DNA from: Candidatus Poribacteria bacterium
GTDB taxonomy: Bacteria > Poribacteria > WGA-4E > UBA9662
Direction: 5' to 3'
Assembly: GCA_036339735.1 (NCBI GenBank)
Contig: JAYZAL010000019.1
Coordinates: 42,859-106,858 of the forward strand
DNA: 64,000 nucleotides
Shown: positions 17,927 to 28,388 of the stretch, one piece after another
How positions within the stretch are numbered: the first letter of the stretch is position 1
How the letters are laid out: each line of letters starts with the position of its first letter
Translations under genes and position numbers: made by a program
Notes under the pieces: generated by a model
Seen by the model: the letters and a program-made list of their open reading frames with translations, nothing else
Database searches by the model: none
Told to the model about the DNA's origin: nothing

Positions 17927-18934
17927 ATGGCAGATGTTATTCGTGGTGGAGTGATAGGATATGGTGGTGCTTTTAATATGGGGCGTAGCCATGCTGGGAG
18001 TATGCAAAACACTGAAGGTATAGAATGCGTGGCAATTTGCGACATTGACCCAGAACGTACTAAAGCCGCTAAAGAAGATTTTCCACAAGTTCGTACTTAC
18101 AACGACAGTGATGATTTTTTTGCTGACGAAAGCATTGATTTAGTAACTATTGTTCTGCCTCACAATTTACATGCTCCTGTGGCTATTCAAGCACTTAATG
18201 CTGGTAAGCATGCAATAACTGAAAAACCGATGTGCATTACAGTATCAGAAGCGACTTCGATGATTGAGTCAGCAAAATCTAATGGAAAAATGTTATCGGT
18301 TTATCACAATCGGCGTTGGGATCAAGATTTTTGGACATTAAAGGGTATAATAGAGAGTGGTGTTATTGGTAGACCGCACACGATTGAAATGCGTGCTAGT
18401 GGTTATGGTCGGCCGAACCCAGATTGGTGGAGAAGTGTAAAGTCTGTTTCGGGTGGTATCATATATGACTGGGGGGCACACTATATCGACTGGCTACTAA
18501 ACGTAGTTGATAATAAAATGATCAGTGTAACCGGATTTTATATTGATAATGAAGTCTGGACAGATATTAGTAATGAAGATCATGCACGTGCGTTCATTCG
18601 ATTTGACGGAGACTTAGTAGCTGACGTGGAATTTTCCCAGATCGCTAAAATTGGAGGAGATCGATGGAAGATCTTAGGTACCCATGGGGCAATTCAATCC
18701 GCAGATGGCCATTTCAAAGTGTGGTCAGAAATCGAAAATCAGCAAAGTGAACAAGAAATCTCATATCAAGGTCGCCCAGGCCATAGTTTCTATCAAAATA
18801 TTGTAGCTCACCTCAGAGAGAATGAACCATTAATAGTTACACCAGAGTCTGCTCGACGGGTAATTGCTGTAATGGATTTGGCTGAGAGGTCAGCGAAGTC
18901 GCATCAAGCTGAAACCGTACCTTACGAATTTTAA
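17927..18934 (+). CDS. Gfo/Idh/MocA oxidoreductase
   Basis: GYGGAFNMG, EKPM, HNRRWD, YDWGAHYID. Confidence 0.92.
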   Translation: MADVIRGGVIGYGGAFNMGRSHAGSMQNTEGIECVAICDIDPERTKAAKEDFPQVRTYNDSDDFFADESIDLVTIVLPHNLHAPVAIQALNAGKHAITEKPMCITVSEATSMIESAKSNGKMLSVYHNRRWDQDFWTLKGIIESGVIGRPHTIEMRASGYGRPNPDWWRSVKSVSGGIIYDWGAHYIDWLLNVVDNKMISVTGFYIDNEVWTDISNEDHARAFIRFDGDLVADVEFSQIAKIGGDRWKILGTHGAIQSADGHFKVWSEIENQQSEQEISYQGRPGHSFYQNIVAHLRENEPLIVTPESARRVIAVMDLAERSAKSHQAETVPYEF

Positions 18935-18946
18935 AGTTTTAAAAAA

Positions 18947-18996
18947 TCGACATTGGGGTTCTGCCTGATATAATCTAAGCAGAACCCCAATGTCGA
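18947..18996. terminator. 18-bp perfect inverted repeat between convergent genes
   Basis: tcgacattggggttctgc...gcagaaccccaatgtcga. Confidence 0.7.
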
Positions 18997-19030
18997 CTCT
19001 GCCCCTCTATCAAAAAGATTTCCAACCTTT

Positions 19031-20719
19031 TCAAATGTTCCCTGTTCCTCGGTGTTGACTAAGCCGGTTAACAGCGTAAGTTCCAATTGAAACTATAATA
19101 ATAGCAATTACCCCTAAGCTCGCGCTTGGTCCTCTACCTGTAGTTTCTTGCATATACAAATATATGCCGTAAGAAATAGGGGCCATTTCATTTCTTGGTA
19201 CGAGCATTAAAGTCGAACTTAATTCGACTGAAGAGCTAATGAAGGCCATGATTCCACCTGCTACAATACCTGGTAACATTAGGGGTAAAACGATTTTAGT
19301 AAAGGTAGATAGAGTATTTGCACCTAGATTTTTTGAGGCTTCTTCTAGAGATATGTGAATTTGTTGCAACGTAGCATAGCAAGATCGAACTGTGTATGGT
19401 AATCTGCGAACCGCGTAGACAATTACTAGGATCAACCAAGTCTCAGTCAGTGGTTTACCAATGACAGGCAAATCTATCGTGTGGAATATTCTTAGGTAGC
19501 CAATTGCCAAAACTACACCTGGGACTGCTAAAGGTAATGTGGCAATGAAATCCAAAATTGTTCGGCCTAGCATCTTTCCTCTAAGCAGTATGAAAGAAAT
19601 TATGGCTCCTAGAAATATATCAATCAGAGCCGCCAATGCAGCGTATACAATAGTATTAAGTATCATTTTTGGGGCATCGGCAAAAACTCTGGTGAAATTG
19701 GTAGTGGTATAGATTTTGGGCAGAACTGTAAAGTTCCAAGATTTAGCAATAGACATTAGAAAAATACCTATGTGTGGCAGTAAGCAAAAAGTTAACAAAA
19801 TTATACAGAAACCACTAATCGTCCAACCTTTCCAACCAAAAATTTGCAGTCTAGAAATGGAACTACCTGACTTTTGTTGTACATATTCCGATTGCTTAAG
19901 ATAGTGCAGTGCAAGAACCAATGAGAAGAGAGATAACACAACCAGAATTACAGAAATAACATATCCCATTGTACTATTGCCATTAATAGCGGTAATTTGT
20001 TGATAAGCTAGAGGTGCTAACAAATTATGATAACCAAGCATCAGGGGAGTACCGAGATCGTCTATACTTTTGATAAAAACAATTAGTGCACCAGCCATAT
20101 ACCCTGGTTGCATCAGTGGAAATGTGATTTGGCGAAACAGTTTCCATCCGGAAGCTCCTAGGTTTCTTCCAGCTTCTTCCAGGGAGAGGTCTGCGTTTTC
20201 TAAGGCTGATACAGAATTAAGTAAAATAAAGGGAAAGTAGTGTAATGTTTGAACTAAAACAACACCGGTTAATCCGTCCATGAAAGGAATGGTCGTACCA
20301 AAAAACATCCGGATAATTTGATTGATCATACCACTTCGCCCCAAAATTGTTTGTAGAGCAATAGCGCTAACAAAAGCTGGCATGACCAATGGTAAAACGC
20401 CCAGTGTTTGAACGATCAATCGACCTTTGAAGTTATAACGGGTGGTAAATAAAGCCAAAGGTAAGCTAATAATACTGCTAAAGAAAACTACGATAACACC
20501 TACCCATAAACTTCGCCACAAAGCCTCGTTTAGCGAAGGCTGCTTGAAAAAATTGACAAAGTGGGTTAGTGTTAGGCGACCATTTTCAGTAAATGCGACG
20601 TAAATCACTTGCAAAATTGGGAGTAGGATGAAAAAAGATAAGAGTACCAATAAGCAAATGAAAAGAAGGAATTGGCCAGGGGTTGATGAACCCCGTATTC
20701 GTCTGAAAAGTTCTTTCAT
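19031..20719 (-). CDS. Fe3+/thiamine-type ABC transporter permease (FbpB-like, two TM modules)
   Basis: Two EAA loops (LEEAGRNLGAS, LEEASKNLGAN); DDLGTP; multiple TMs. Confidence 0.9.
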   Translation of the reverse strand: MKELFRRIRGSSTPGQFLLFICLLVLLSFFILLPILQVIYVAFTENGRLTLTHFVNFFKQPSLNEALWRSLWVGVIVVFFSSIISLPLALFTTRYNFKGRLIVQTLGVLPLVMPAFVSAIALQTILGRSGMINQIIRMFFGTTIPFMDGLTGVVLVQTLHYFPFILLNSVSALENADLSLEEAGRNLGASGWKLFRQITFPLMQPGYMAGALIVFIKSIDDLGTPLMLGYHNLLAPLAYQQITAINGNSTMGYVISVILVVLSLFSLVLALHYLKQSEYVQQKSGSSISRLQIFGWKGWTISGFCIILLTFCLLPHIGIFLMSIAKSWNFTVLPKIYTTTNFTRVFADAPKMILNTIVYAALAALIDIFLGAIISFILLRGKMLGRTILDFIATLPLAVPGVVLAIGYLRIFHTIDLPVIGKPLTETWLILVIVYAVRRLPYTVRSCYATLQQIHISLEEASKNLGANTLSTFTKIVLPLMLPGIVAGGIMAFISSSVELSSTLMLVPRNEMAPISYGIYLYMQETTGRGPSASLGVIAIIIVSIGTYAVNRLSQHRGTGNI

Positions 20720-20837
20720 TGTCTATGATGATACCATTTGTTTCTGGATTTAGTCAGGTTTGAATGATGAAAATAGTATTTAGAAAGTTGAGCATTTTCT
20801 GTTCGTAAACAAGTGTTACAAAAACTTAGGTAGGTTG

Positions 20838-22424
20838 ATGGAAACAATTAATGGAGACTATGCCATCGCTTGGGGAGCTATAGAGGCTGGGGTATCAGTG
20901 GTAACTGGTTACCCCGGTTCTCCTGGAACTGGGACATTTAACGTTTTATCGGAAACTAAGCTGAAGTTTGGACATCAAACTCAATGGTGTCTTAATGAAC
21001 GAATAGCTCTTGATATTGCAGCTGGTGTATCTCAGGGAGGTAAGCGCTCCTTAGTTTGCCTTAAAAGTGTTGGTATGAACGTCGCTCTAGATACTCTAAT
21101 GGTCTTGAATATGACAGGCATTCATTCGGGATTGGTTATTCTTGTTGGTGATGATCCTGGTGCTTGGGGGTCTCAAAATGAGCAAGATACTAGGTTTATT
21201 GCTCAGATGGCTGAATTACCCATGTTAGAACCCTCCACATTACAAGAGGGTCGAGAAATGGTCAAGTGGGCCTTCGAATATTCAGAAGAGCTGAAAACAA
21301 TAGTAATCATTCGGATAACTCGTAGTTTCACGACCCGACAGGAAATGGTACCTCCCTTACAACCTCCTAGTTATCACCCAGCTCAGCATCCAGACCGATC
21401 TCCGATGCGATGGATTGCTGCCTTGGATAAAACAACTAGCGATCACAAGATACTGCACCAAAAGAATGAACAATCGACTCTAGATTTTAGTCAACTACCT
21501 TTCAACAGTATAGAGGGTAATTCTCAAAAATCGAAGGGCATTATTGCAACAGGTTTTGTGTATACGAAGTTGCAAGAAGCACTAGATGGATATAATTCTA
21601 GTGTAAAACTGATGAAGATGAATTCGCTTTATCCTTTACCTAAAAAACTAGTGATACAATTTCTCAGTCAATGCGAAGAAATTTTGGTTTTTGAGGAAGT
21701 AGATCCTTACTTGGAAGATTCTCTAAAATCTATTGGTTACGACAGTGGGCATTGCCCCAAGCTTTATGGAAAAAGAACGGGCCATGTTAACTGGGTCGGT
21801 GAGTTATTTCGATGGCATATTCAACAATCTTTGAGAAAATTTTTACCCGATTTTAGACCAAAGAAAAAGTATCTAGAAGCCAATTGGGAACAAGAGAAAC
21901 CCTTTCGTAAATCTTATTGTGCCGGCTGTCCATATATTGAGATTTTGACAAGTCTTAGAGAAGAAGCAGAGAAACTAGACCAGAACCCATTTTTAATAGG
22001 CGATCCAGGCTGTGTTATCATGGCAGGTAAACTTTTGGATGCTAAACTGTGCATGGGTTCATCCATAGGTGTAGCAATTGGTCATCAGTCCGCAGATATA
22101 GGGCAAAAGTCGGTAGCCGTATTTGGTGACTCAGCATTTTACCATAGTGGAATAAATGCCCTAATACAAGCAAGATTTAGTAATAAAACTCTACTGGCTA
22201 TTATTTTAGATAATGGTGGAGCTGTAACTACAGGAAATCAACCTACTCCAGACAAAAATGGTGTGCCAATCGTAGACTTGATACAAACTTGCCAAGTCGA
22301 TAAAATGTGGATAATTGAAGAGTGTGATGATGAAGCAACAATGCGATCCATCTTTTATCAGGCACTTAGCTCACCAGATGGGTTATACGCAATTGTAATT
22401 CGGAAGAAATGTAGACCAGTATAG
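20838..22424 (+). CDS. iorA: Indolepyruvate ferredoxin oxidoreductase alpha-like (IorA), no C-terminal ferredoxin domain
   Basis: GYPGSP, NE, KSVGMNVA, DDPG..SQNEQD, CAGCP, GDPGC, GDSAFYHSG, LDN..TGNQP. Confidence 0.75.
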   Translation: METINGDYAIAWGAIEAGVSVVTGYPGSPGTGTFNVLSETKLKFGHQTQWCLNERIALDIAAGVSQGGKRSLVCLKSVGMNVALDTLMVLNMTGIHSGLVILVGDDPGAWGSQNEQDTRFIAQMAELPMLEPSTLQEGREMVKWAFEYSEELKTIVIIRITRSFTTRQEMVPPLQPPSYHPAQHPDRSPMRWIAALDKTTSDHKILHQKNEQSTLDFSQLPFNSIEGNSQKSKGIIATGFVYTKLQEALDGYNSSVKLMKMNSLYPLPKKLVIQFLSQCEEILVFEEVDPYLEDSLKSIGYDSGHCPKLYGKRTGHVNWVGELFRWHIQQSLRKFLPDFRPKKKYLEANWEQEKPFRKSYCAGCPYIEILTSLREEAEKLDQNPFLIGDPGCVIMAGKLLDAKLCMGSSIGVAIGHQSADIGQKSVAVFGDSAFYHSGINALIQARFSNKTLLAIILDNGGAVTTGNQPTPDKNGVPIVDLIQTCQVDKMWIIEECDDEATMRSIFYQALSSPDGLYAIVIRKKCRPV

Positions 22425-22441
22425 GTATTTAGAATTAGTTT

Positions 22442-23206
22442 ATGTCAAAGAAATACAAATTAACAAATTCTGAGAAAAAACAATTAGACCAAAAGGGTTA
22501 CATAGTTATACCGGATGTACTATCTTTGGCCGAAATTGACCATTACCGATCGCGATTATTGCAGTTAGCAGAGATTGAACAGGATAAAGGTATTGCCTTG
22601 TCTCACTCAGATGGTAAAGGCCAATTAGTCCGATGGTTAGTGAATAAAGGAAAATCTTTTGAACGGTTGGTTGCTCACCCAAGAGTCGTACCATATTTCG
22701 AATACATGTTGGGGGAAGACTATATTCTTAGTACACTAACTTCCAATATTATTAGGCCGGGAGCAAAAGATAGTAATTACCATATAGACCACACACTAAG
22801 CCAGATGCCGGAACCCTTACCAAGTTTTCCCGTCTTTGTTAATTCTTTGTGGTTATTAGACGATTTCAGCGCAGAAAACGGTGGCACCCGATTTGTTCCC
22901 GAAAGTCACCTCCGTCTTAAAAAACCGCCTCCTAATTTATCCACTGATTCAGGTGAAAAACGACTTCATGCACCTAAGGGGTCCGTTTTTCTGTTCAATG
23001 GTGCAATTTGGCATGCAGCTGGTGCTAATGTAACCGAAAGTGACCGTATTGCTTTAATATGTTTTTGTGGCCGATCTTTTATGAAACCCCAGTTTGATTT
23101 TGTCAACCATTTGAAAGAAGAAGTCTATCAACGCTCTACACCAGAGATGCTTCGTATCTATGGATTTGACTCACAACCTAGAAAACCAGACGAGTATTAT
23201 CAATGA
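22442..23206 (+). CDS. PhyH-family dioxygenase
   Basis: HID, LDDF..ENGGT..VPESH, WHAAG.N. Confidence 0.9.
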   Translation: MSKKYKLTNSEKKQLDQKGYIVIPDVLSLAEIDHYRSRLLQLAEIEQDKGIALSHSDGKGQLVRWLVNKGKSFERLVAHPRVVPYFEYMLGEDYILSTLTSNIIRPGAKDSNYHIDHTLSQMPEPLPSFPVFVNSLWLLDDFSAENGGTRFVPESHLRLKKPPPNLSTDSGEKRLHAPKGSVFLFNGAIWHAAGANVTESDRIALICFCGRSFMKPQFDFVNHLKEEVYQRSTPEMLRIYGFDSQPRKPDEYYQ

Positions 23207-23407
23207 TTATCATTATGATCAACGGATCAAAGCGTACTAAATCAGTTGAAGGTGCTACTTGATCAGAAAAAATTGCACCATATCGATAGAGATTCGAAAT
23301 TCAATCATATCCAAATAAATCAACCTTAGTAATGGTAGAGATACCAGAAATTTGTGGTCTATTATAATCGACTAAGGCCAACTTTAACTGACAATTAATC
23401 CATATTC

Positions 23408-24733
23408 ATGCCTAATATCCTGTTAATTTTGACGGACCAACAGAGTGCAACAATGATGAGTTGCGCTGGTAATCAGTATTTTCAGACACCAGCTATGGAC
23501 AGTATAGCTCAGAGAGGACAACGATTTGAAAAGGCTTATTGCACATTCCCTGTTTGCTTGGCTTCTCGGTTTAGCTTAATGACAGGCCGGATGCCTAGTG
23601 AAATTGGTCTGCATCCTCCCATAAGTGTAAATCCACCAATTTCGCCAAAAATCATCAAAAAAACAATTGGAAATTTACTTAATAACGCTGGATATGAGAC
23701 CTACTTTGCAGGGAAACATCACTTTCCGAATGCTAGTGCTGAGGACTGTGGCTTTTCCGTTCTTACAACTGATCAAAGGAATGAATGTGCTGATGTCTGC
23801 GCTAAATTCCTGACTCAAAGGGATAGAAAAAAGCCATTTTTTTTGGTGGCGTCTTTTATCAATCCACATGATATATGCTATATGGCTATCCGCTCAGCTT
23901 TACCGAAAATCAGTTCCTATCAAGACGAAGCATATAAATTAGTAGATAACGGAAAAATTGAAATTAGTACGTTGGATCGAGCATTAGAAAAACCACCTAA
24001 TATTAGTGAAGACTTATTTTGGCATAAGTTATGCCCCGAACTGCCAATCAATCATCAGCCTTGGAATGATGAACCTTCAATGGTAAACAAAATATTGAGG
24101 CAACGTCAGTTTCGCTCTATCGTGAGAAAAAATTGGACTGACCAAGATTGGCGTTTGCATAGATGGGCTTATGGTCGGTTAACAGAGATGGTAGATGAGC
24201 AGATTGGTCGTGTTCTTCGCGCCTTAAGACAGTCTGGTTTAGAACAGGATACAGTTATCATTTTCACTAGCGATCATGGAGATCATGATGGAGCAAGGAA
24301 GATGGAGCATAAAACTTTTCCTTATGAAGAAGCCACACGAATTCCGTTAATTATTTCTTTTTTGGGTGAAAGTAAAGAAGGGAGTGTCGACAAAACACAT
24401 CTGGTTTCTAATGGGCTGGATTTGTTGCCTACATTATGTGATTATGCTGAAATTGATATACCAAATGAACTGAATGGTAGAAGTCTTCGTCCTTTAACGT
24501 TAGCTCAAAGTGATTCCAAATGGAGACGAAATTTGTTGATTGAAAGTACCAATAGCCGAGCGATTCAAGATAACCGTTACAAGTATATTTTGTATAATCA
24601 AGGCAACAATCGTGAACAATTTTTTGATCTTCAGACTGATCCAAATGAAATGGTAAATCTGATCAATGAACTAGAGTATATAGCTCCTTTTGAAGCCTTG
24701 AAATCTAAGCTTATTAAATCAATGGAGGTGTAA
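23408..24733 (+). CDS. Sulfatase (S1, Cys-type)
   Basis: PNILLILTDQ, CLASRFSLMTG, GKHH, NPHD, FTSDHG, DLLPT. Confidence 0.92.
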   Translation: MPNILLILTDQQSATMMSCAGNQYFQTPAMDSIAQRGQRFEKAYCTFPVCLASRFSLMTGRMPSEIGLHPPISVNPPISPKIIKKTIGNLLNNAGYETYFAGKHHFPNASAEDCGFSVLTTDQRNECADVCAKFLTQRDRKKPFFLVASFINPHDICYMAIRSALPKISSYQDEAYKLVDNGKIEISTLDRALEKPPNISEDLFWHKLCPELPINHQPWNDEPSMVNKILRQRQFRSIVRKNWTDQDWRLHRWAYGRLTEMVDEQIGRVLRALRQSGLEQDTVIIFTSDHGDHDGARKMEHKTFPYEEATRIPLIISFLGESKEGSVDKTHLVSNGLDLLPTLCDYAEIDIPNELNGRSLRPLTLAQSDSKWRRNLLIESTNSRAIQDNRYKYILYNQGNNREQFFDLQTDPNEMVNLINELEYIAPFEALKSKLIKSMEV

Positions 24734-24738
24734 ATGTT

Positions 24739-25530
24739 ATGCCATTTCGCGTTTTAATGATCATTTTAGTTTTCTGTGTTCTTTCAATTGATGCTCAGGT
24801 GAATAAAAAAGGGTTGATCATCCACTATAGTTTTGATAAGAAAACCATCACCGGAAAGGAAATTAAGGATCTATCTGGTAACAAAAACCACGGTGTTATA
24901 AAGGGTAGTCAAAAGACTGTCAAAGGTAAAGTTGGACAAGCTATGGAATTTAAAGGGGCAGCACCTGACTATATTTCGGTTCGGAACCATCACTATTCCA
25001 AAGCTAATATTGAAGAATTTTCTATTATGGCTTGGGTTAGGGCTCCGAGTCGTGGGATGATCGCCTCTTGGGACCGAAGTGAATTTTTTCGTTTTGGTGT
25101 TGGAGATGATCAACTGGGAAATAATGATTTTATTGCGTTTGATACCTGTTGTGGAATACATGATTGGCATGGGAAAAAGAAAATTACCGATGATAAATGG
25201 CATCATGTGCTCGCGACCTATGATGGGAAAAATAAGCGGATTTATGTGGATGGAAAGCTTGATGCAGAAACAGCTGTACCACATAAGGTTATGGGGAAAG
25301 CTATCACTCGATATGGGTTCATCGGAATAGGATCGGAAGCTGGTGCTTTCGATGGTCCAACTGGTCCAAATTGGGCTTTCAAAGGCTTAATGGACGAGTT
25401 TCTTCTTTATCACAGAGCCCTAAATGATAAAGAAGCTAAATACCTTTCTACAGGACCAGTAAATCCGTTTGCTGTTGATCCCCAAATCAAATTAGCAACA
25501 AATTGGGGCCATCTTAAGGTAAATCAATAA
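24739..25530 (+). CDS. Secreted LamG domain protein with C-terminal KLxxxW tail
   Basis: Signal peptide; HYSFD, WHHVLATYDG, IYVDG, MDEF; ends VDPQIKLATNWGHLKVNQ. Confidence 0.88.
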   Translation: MPFRVLMIILVFCVLSIDAQVNKKGLIIHYSFDKKTITGKEIKDLSGNKNHGVIKGSQKTVKGKVGQAMEFKGAAPDYISVRNHHYSKANIEEFSIMAWVRAPSRGMIASWDRSEFFRFGVGDDQLGNNDFIAFDTCCGIHDWHGKKKITDDKWHHVLATYDGKNKRIYVDGKLDAETAVPHKVMGKAITRYGFIGIGSEAGAFDGPTGPNWAFKGLMDEFLLYHRALNDKEAKYLSTGPVNPFAVDPQIKLATNWGHLKVNQ

Positions 25531-25599
25531 TCATTCCAAAACCTGAATTTTTGGAAGTAAAGCTATCAGGTTTTCTTGGTAAAGCAAGCAAATTTATTA

Positions 25600-27234
25600 A
25601 TGAATACAATACAGGCTATAACTAAAATTCTAAAAGCTGAAGGGGTGAATTTCATCACTTGTTTCCCCTCGAATCCTCTAATCGAAGAATTAGCTAAAGC
25701 AAATATTCGTCCTGTTATGTTTCGCCAAGAGCGCGGTGCATTAATGGCTGCAGATGGATTTAGCAGAATTAGCGACCGAAAGAGTTTTGGCGTAGCCTTA
25801 ACTCAAAGTGGTCCAGGAGCAGAAAATTCGATGGGGGGGGTGGCCCAAGCTTTTAGTGATAACGTACCTATTCTTTATTTACCGGCAGGACCTCGACTGA
25901 GTGAATATGCTGTCCGTCCTAATTTCTCTGCTGTGAAAACTTTTGAAACTGTTACTACCCACGCTGAAGTGATTACGAATGCGGATCAAACAGTCAATGT
26001 TATGAGAAGGGCATTTCATCATCTTAGGAATGGTCGGCCTGGTCCAGTAATTATCGAAATTCCTGCTGATGTTGGTAGTCAAAAATTATCTTATAAAAGC
26101 ATTAATTATATCCCACCTAAACGATACGCACAGCGTCCAGATTCGACTGACGTTAAACAAGCAATCGATTTGTTATTGGATGCAGAAAAACCCGTTATTT
26201 GGGCTGGAATGGGCGTACTATTAGCTGGTGGAAGTCGGGTGCTGAAGAGTTTCGCTGAAGCAACAGGTATACCTGTTTTTTGTACTATGGGTGGGAAATC
26301 AGCATTTGACGAACGGCATCCTCAATCTCTTGGATCTGGTAGTGGGGCTACTACTTTGCCGGGATATCGGTGGATTCAGGAATCAGATGTTCTATTAGCT
26401 TTAGGTTCCAGTCTGACACGTACACCTTACGGACAATCAATTCCTGATAATAAAGATATTATTCATAACACTGAAAGTCCGGAAGACATCAATAAGGACT
26501 ACTCAGTCAAAATTGGCCTAGCTGGTGATGCTAAATTGACTTTAGAATCTCTTTTGGACGAATTTCAATCTAGATCGGTCCAACCCATAGATGCAACCAA
26601 GGAAATTAGCCGGTTGAAACACGAATGGATGAACCAATGGAAACCGTTATTGACATCCAATGAGGTGCCATTGAATACTTATCGAGTTATTTATGAAATT
26701 ATACAAAATCTGAATTTAGAAAATAGTATCATTACTCATGACGCTGGAGCACCTAGAGATTGTATCGTTCCCTTCTACCCAGCCACCGTTCCTCATAGTT
26801 ACATCGGTTGGGGTAAGACAACTCATCTTGGCTTTAGTATCCCACTGATGATTGGAGCCAAGCTGGCACAACCCAGTAAGTTTTGCCTAAACCTTATGGG
26901 GGATGCGGCTTTTGGGATGTCTGGATTAGATTTAGAAACTGCTGTTCGTTGCCAAACGCCGATTACGACTGTTGTTCTGAATAATAGTGGAATGGCTACG
27001 TATCCCATCGGGACGTCCTTACACATGCCTGTTGCTTACCAACGTTTTGGTGCGACAAAAATGAAAGGTGATTATGCCCAAATGGCTCAAGGGATGGGTG
27101 CTACTGGTTTAGTAGTTAAACAACCACATGAAATGGCGGAAGCTTTGAAAGAGGCGCAGCAGCTAAACTTTGATGGGAAAACTGTTTTAATTGATGTTCA
27201 TTCGAACATGGAGGCTCAACGATCTCGTCCGTAG
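25600..27234 (+). CDS. Thiamine pyrophosphate-requiring enzyme (acetolactate synthase-like)
   Basis: RQER..MADG, GPGAEN, RPGPV..P.D, GDAAFGM..LNN. Confidence 0.9.
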   Translation: MNTIQAITKILKAEGVNFITCFPSNPLIEELAKANIRPVMFRQERGALMAADGFSRISDRKSFGVALTQSGPGAENSMGGVAQAFSDNVPILYLPAGPRLSEYAVRPNFSAVKTFETVTTHAEVITNADQTVNVMRRAFHHLRNGRPGPVIIEIPADVGSQKLSYKSINYIPPKRYAQRPDSTDVKQAIDLLLDAEKPVIWAGMGVLLAGGSRVLKSFAEATGIPVFCTMGGKSAFDERHPQSLGSGSGATTLPGYRWIQESDVLLALGSSLTRTPYGQSIPDNKDIIHNTESPEDINKDYSVKIGLAGDAKLTLESLLDEFQSRSVQPIDATKEISRLKHEWMNQWKPLLTSNEVPLNTYRVIYEIIQNLNLENSIITHDAGAPRDCIVPFYPATVPHSYIGWGKTTHLGFSIPLMIGAKLAQPSKFCLNLMGDAAFGMSGLDLETAVRCQTPITTVVLNNSGMATYPIGTSLHMPVAYQRFGATKMKGDYAQMAQGMGATGLVVKQPHEMAEALKEAQQLNFDGKTVLIDVHSNMEAQRSRP

Positions 27235-27258
27235 CGTGAAAATCGCTGATAAGTCTAA

Positions 27259-28365
27259 ATGTCAAATATGATGTCAGGTTCTTCGTCTTTAGATCATAGA
27301 TCAATATTCAATCACGATGGCTATTTAGTTATAGAAAATCTACTTAATTGGCAGAATGATATCTTACCACTTGTATTTGAATATCAGAAACTCATCGACG
27401 CACTTGCTGAAATTTTTCTGATCGAAGCAAAGGGTGTTGATAAAAGCCAATTAGACTCTTTATTAGGTAACTATCCTGAATTAGATTTTCCTGACCGTTT
27501 TGCTACCTTGATAGGTGCTAGTGGTGGAAGAGCCTTGCACCACTTAGATCCTGTCTTGAACATTTATTCACCTGATTATCAATACCGTAGAGATCTACCT
27601 TCTGCTCAGATACCCCCACTATTTGATTTTGTTCGGCACACCAAGTTGTTAGATGTAATTGAAGAACTTATTGGCAGCGAAGTTTATGCTTCGCCTATTT
27701 ATCATCTCAATATCAAGTTATCTAACCCGCATTTGATGAAAGCAGAAAATATAGCAAAAATTACTCGACAAAGATCTCCTGCCGAAGATGTGTTTTACAA
27801 TTTTCAAGTAGGGCAAACGAATTGGCATATGGATGCTGTCGCCGGTTTAAGCGATTCGCTGGATAGTAGGATCGTAAATGCTTGGATACCGATAACTCAA
27901 GCTCATCAAGAAAATGGTTGTTTGATGGTAGTTCCAGAGTCGCATCAATTAGGTTTAATGAAAGAAATTCCACCGAGTATAGTTGAGAAGTCAATTAAAT
28001 TAGAGGTTAAACCTGGTGATGTAGTGTTTTTAGATAATAAGGTACTTCATGCTTCATCCCCAAATAATAGTCAAGACGAATATCGTTGGGCTTTTAATTT
28101 TCGATATTTGCCACCGAAACAATCATGTGGTCGTCCTTTTCTTCCTGGTTTTATTGCACGTAGCCGCGAATCACCTGAAACTGAACTTTGTAATTCTTAC
28201 TTGTGGTCATCTATGTGGGATCGAGCACTAGCTTATGTGACCAATAATGGTGTACCTTATACTTACGCAGATCTGGGAGAAATCACGTACCATCAAGCAA
28301 AATCTTTCACAGAAGACTGGTGGAGATTAACACCCAATCATAATAGTTGGCTCAACTTACATTAA
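27259..28365 (+). CDS. PhyH-family dioxygenase
   Basis: WHMD, NAWIP..ENGCL..VPESH, LHAS..N, RW.FNFRY. Confidence 0.88.
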   Translation: MSNMMSGSSSLDHRSIFNHDGYLVIENLLNWQNDILPLVFEYQKLIDALAEIFLIEAKGVDKSQLDSLLGNYPELDFPDRFATLIGASGGRALHHLDPVLNIYSPDYQYRRDLPSAQIPPLFDFVRHTKLLDVIEELIGSEVYASPIYHLNIKLSNPHLMKAENIAKITRQRSPAEDVFYNFQVGQTNWHMDAVAGLSDSLDSRIVNAWIPITQAHQENGCLMVVPESHQLGLMKEIPPSIVEKSIKLEVKPGDVVFLDNKVLHASSPNNSQDEYRWAFNFRYLPPKQSCGRPFLPGFIARSRESPETELCNSYLWSSMWDRALAYVTNNGVPYTYADLGEITYHQAKSFTEDWWRLTPNHNSWLNLH

Positions 28366-28388
28366 ATAAAAATCAGTTAAGGTGAAGA

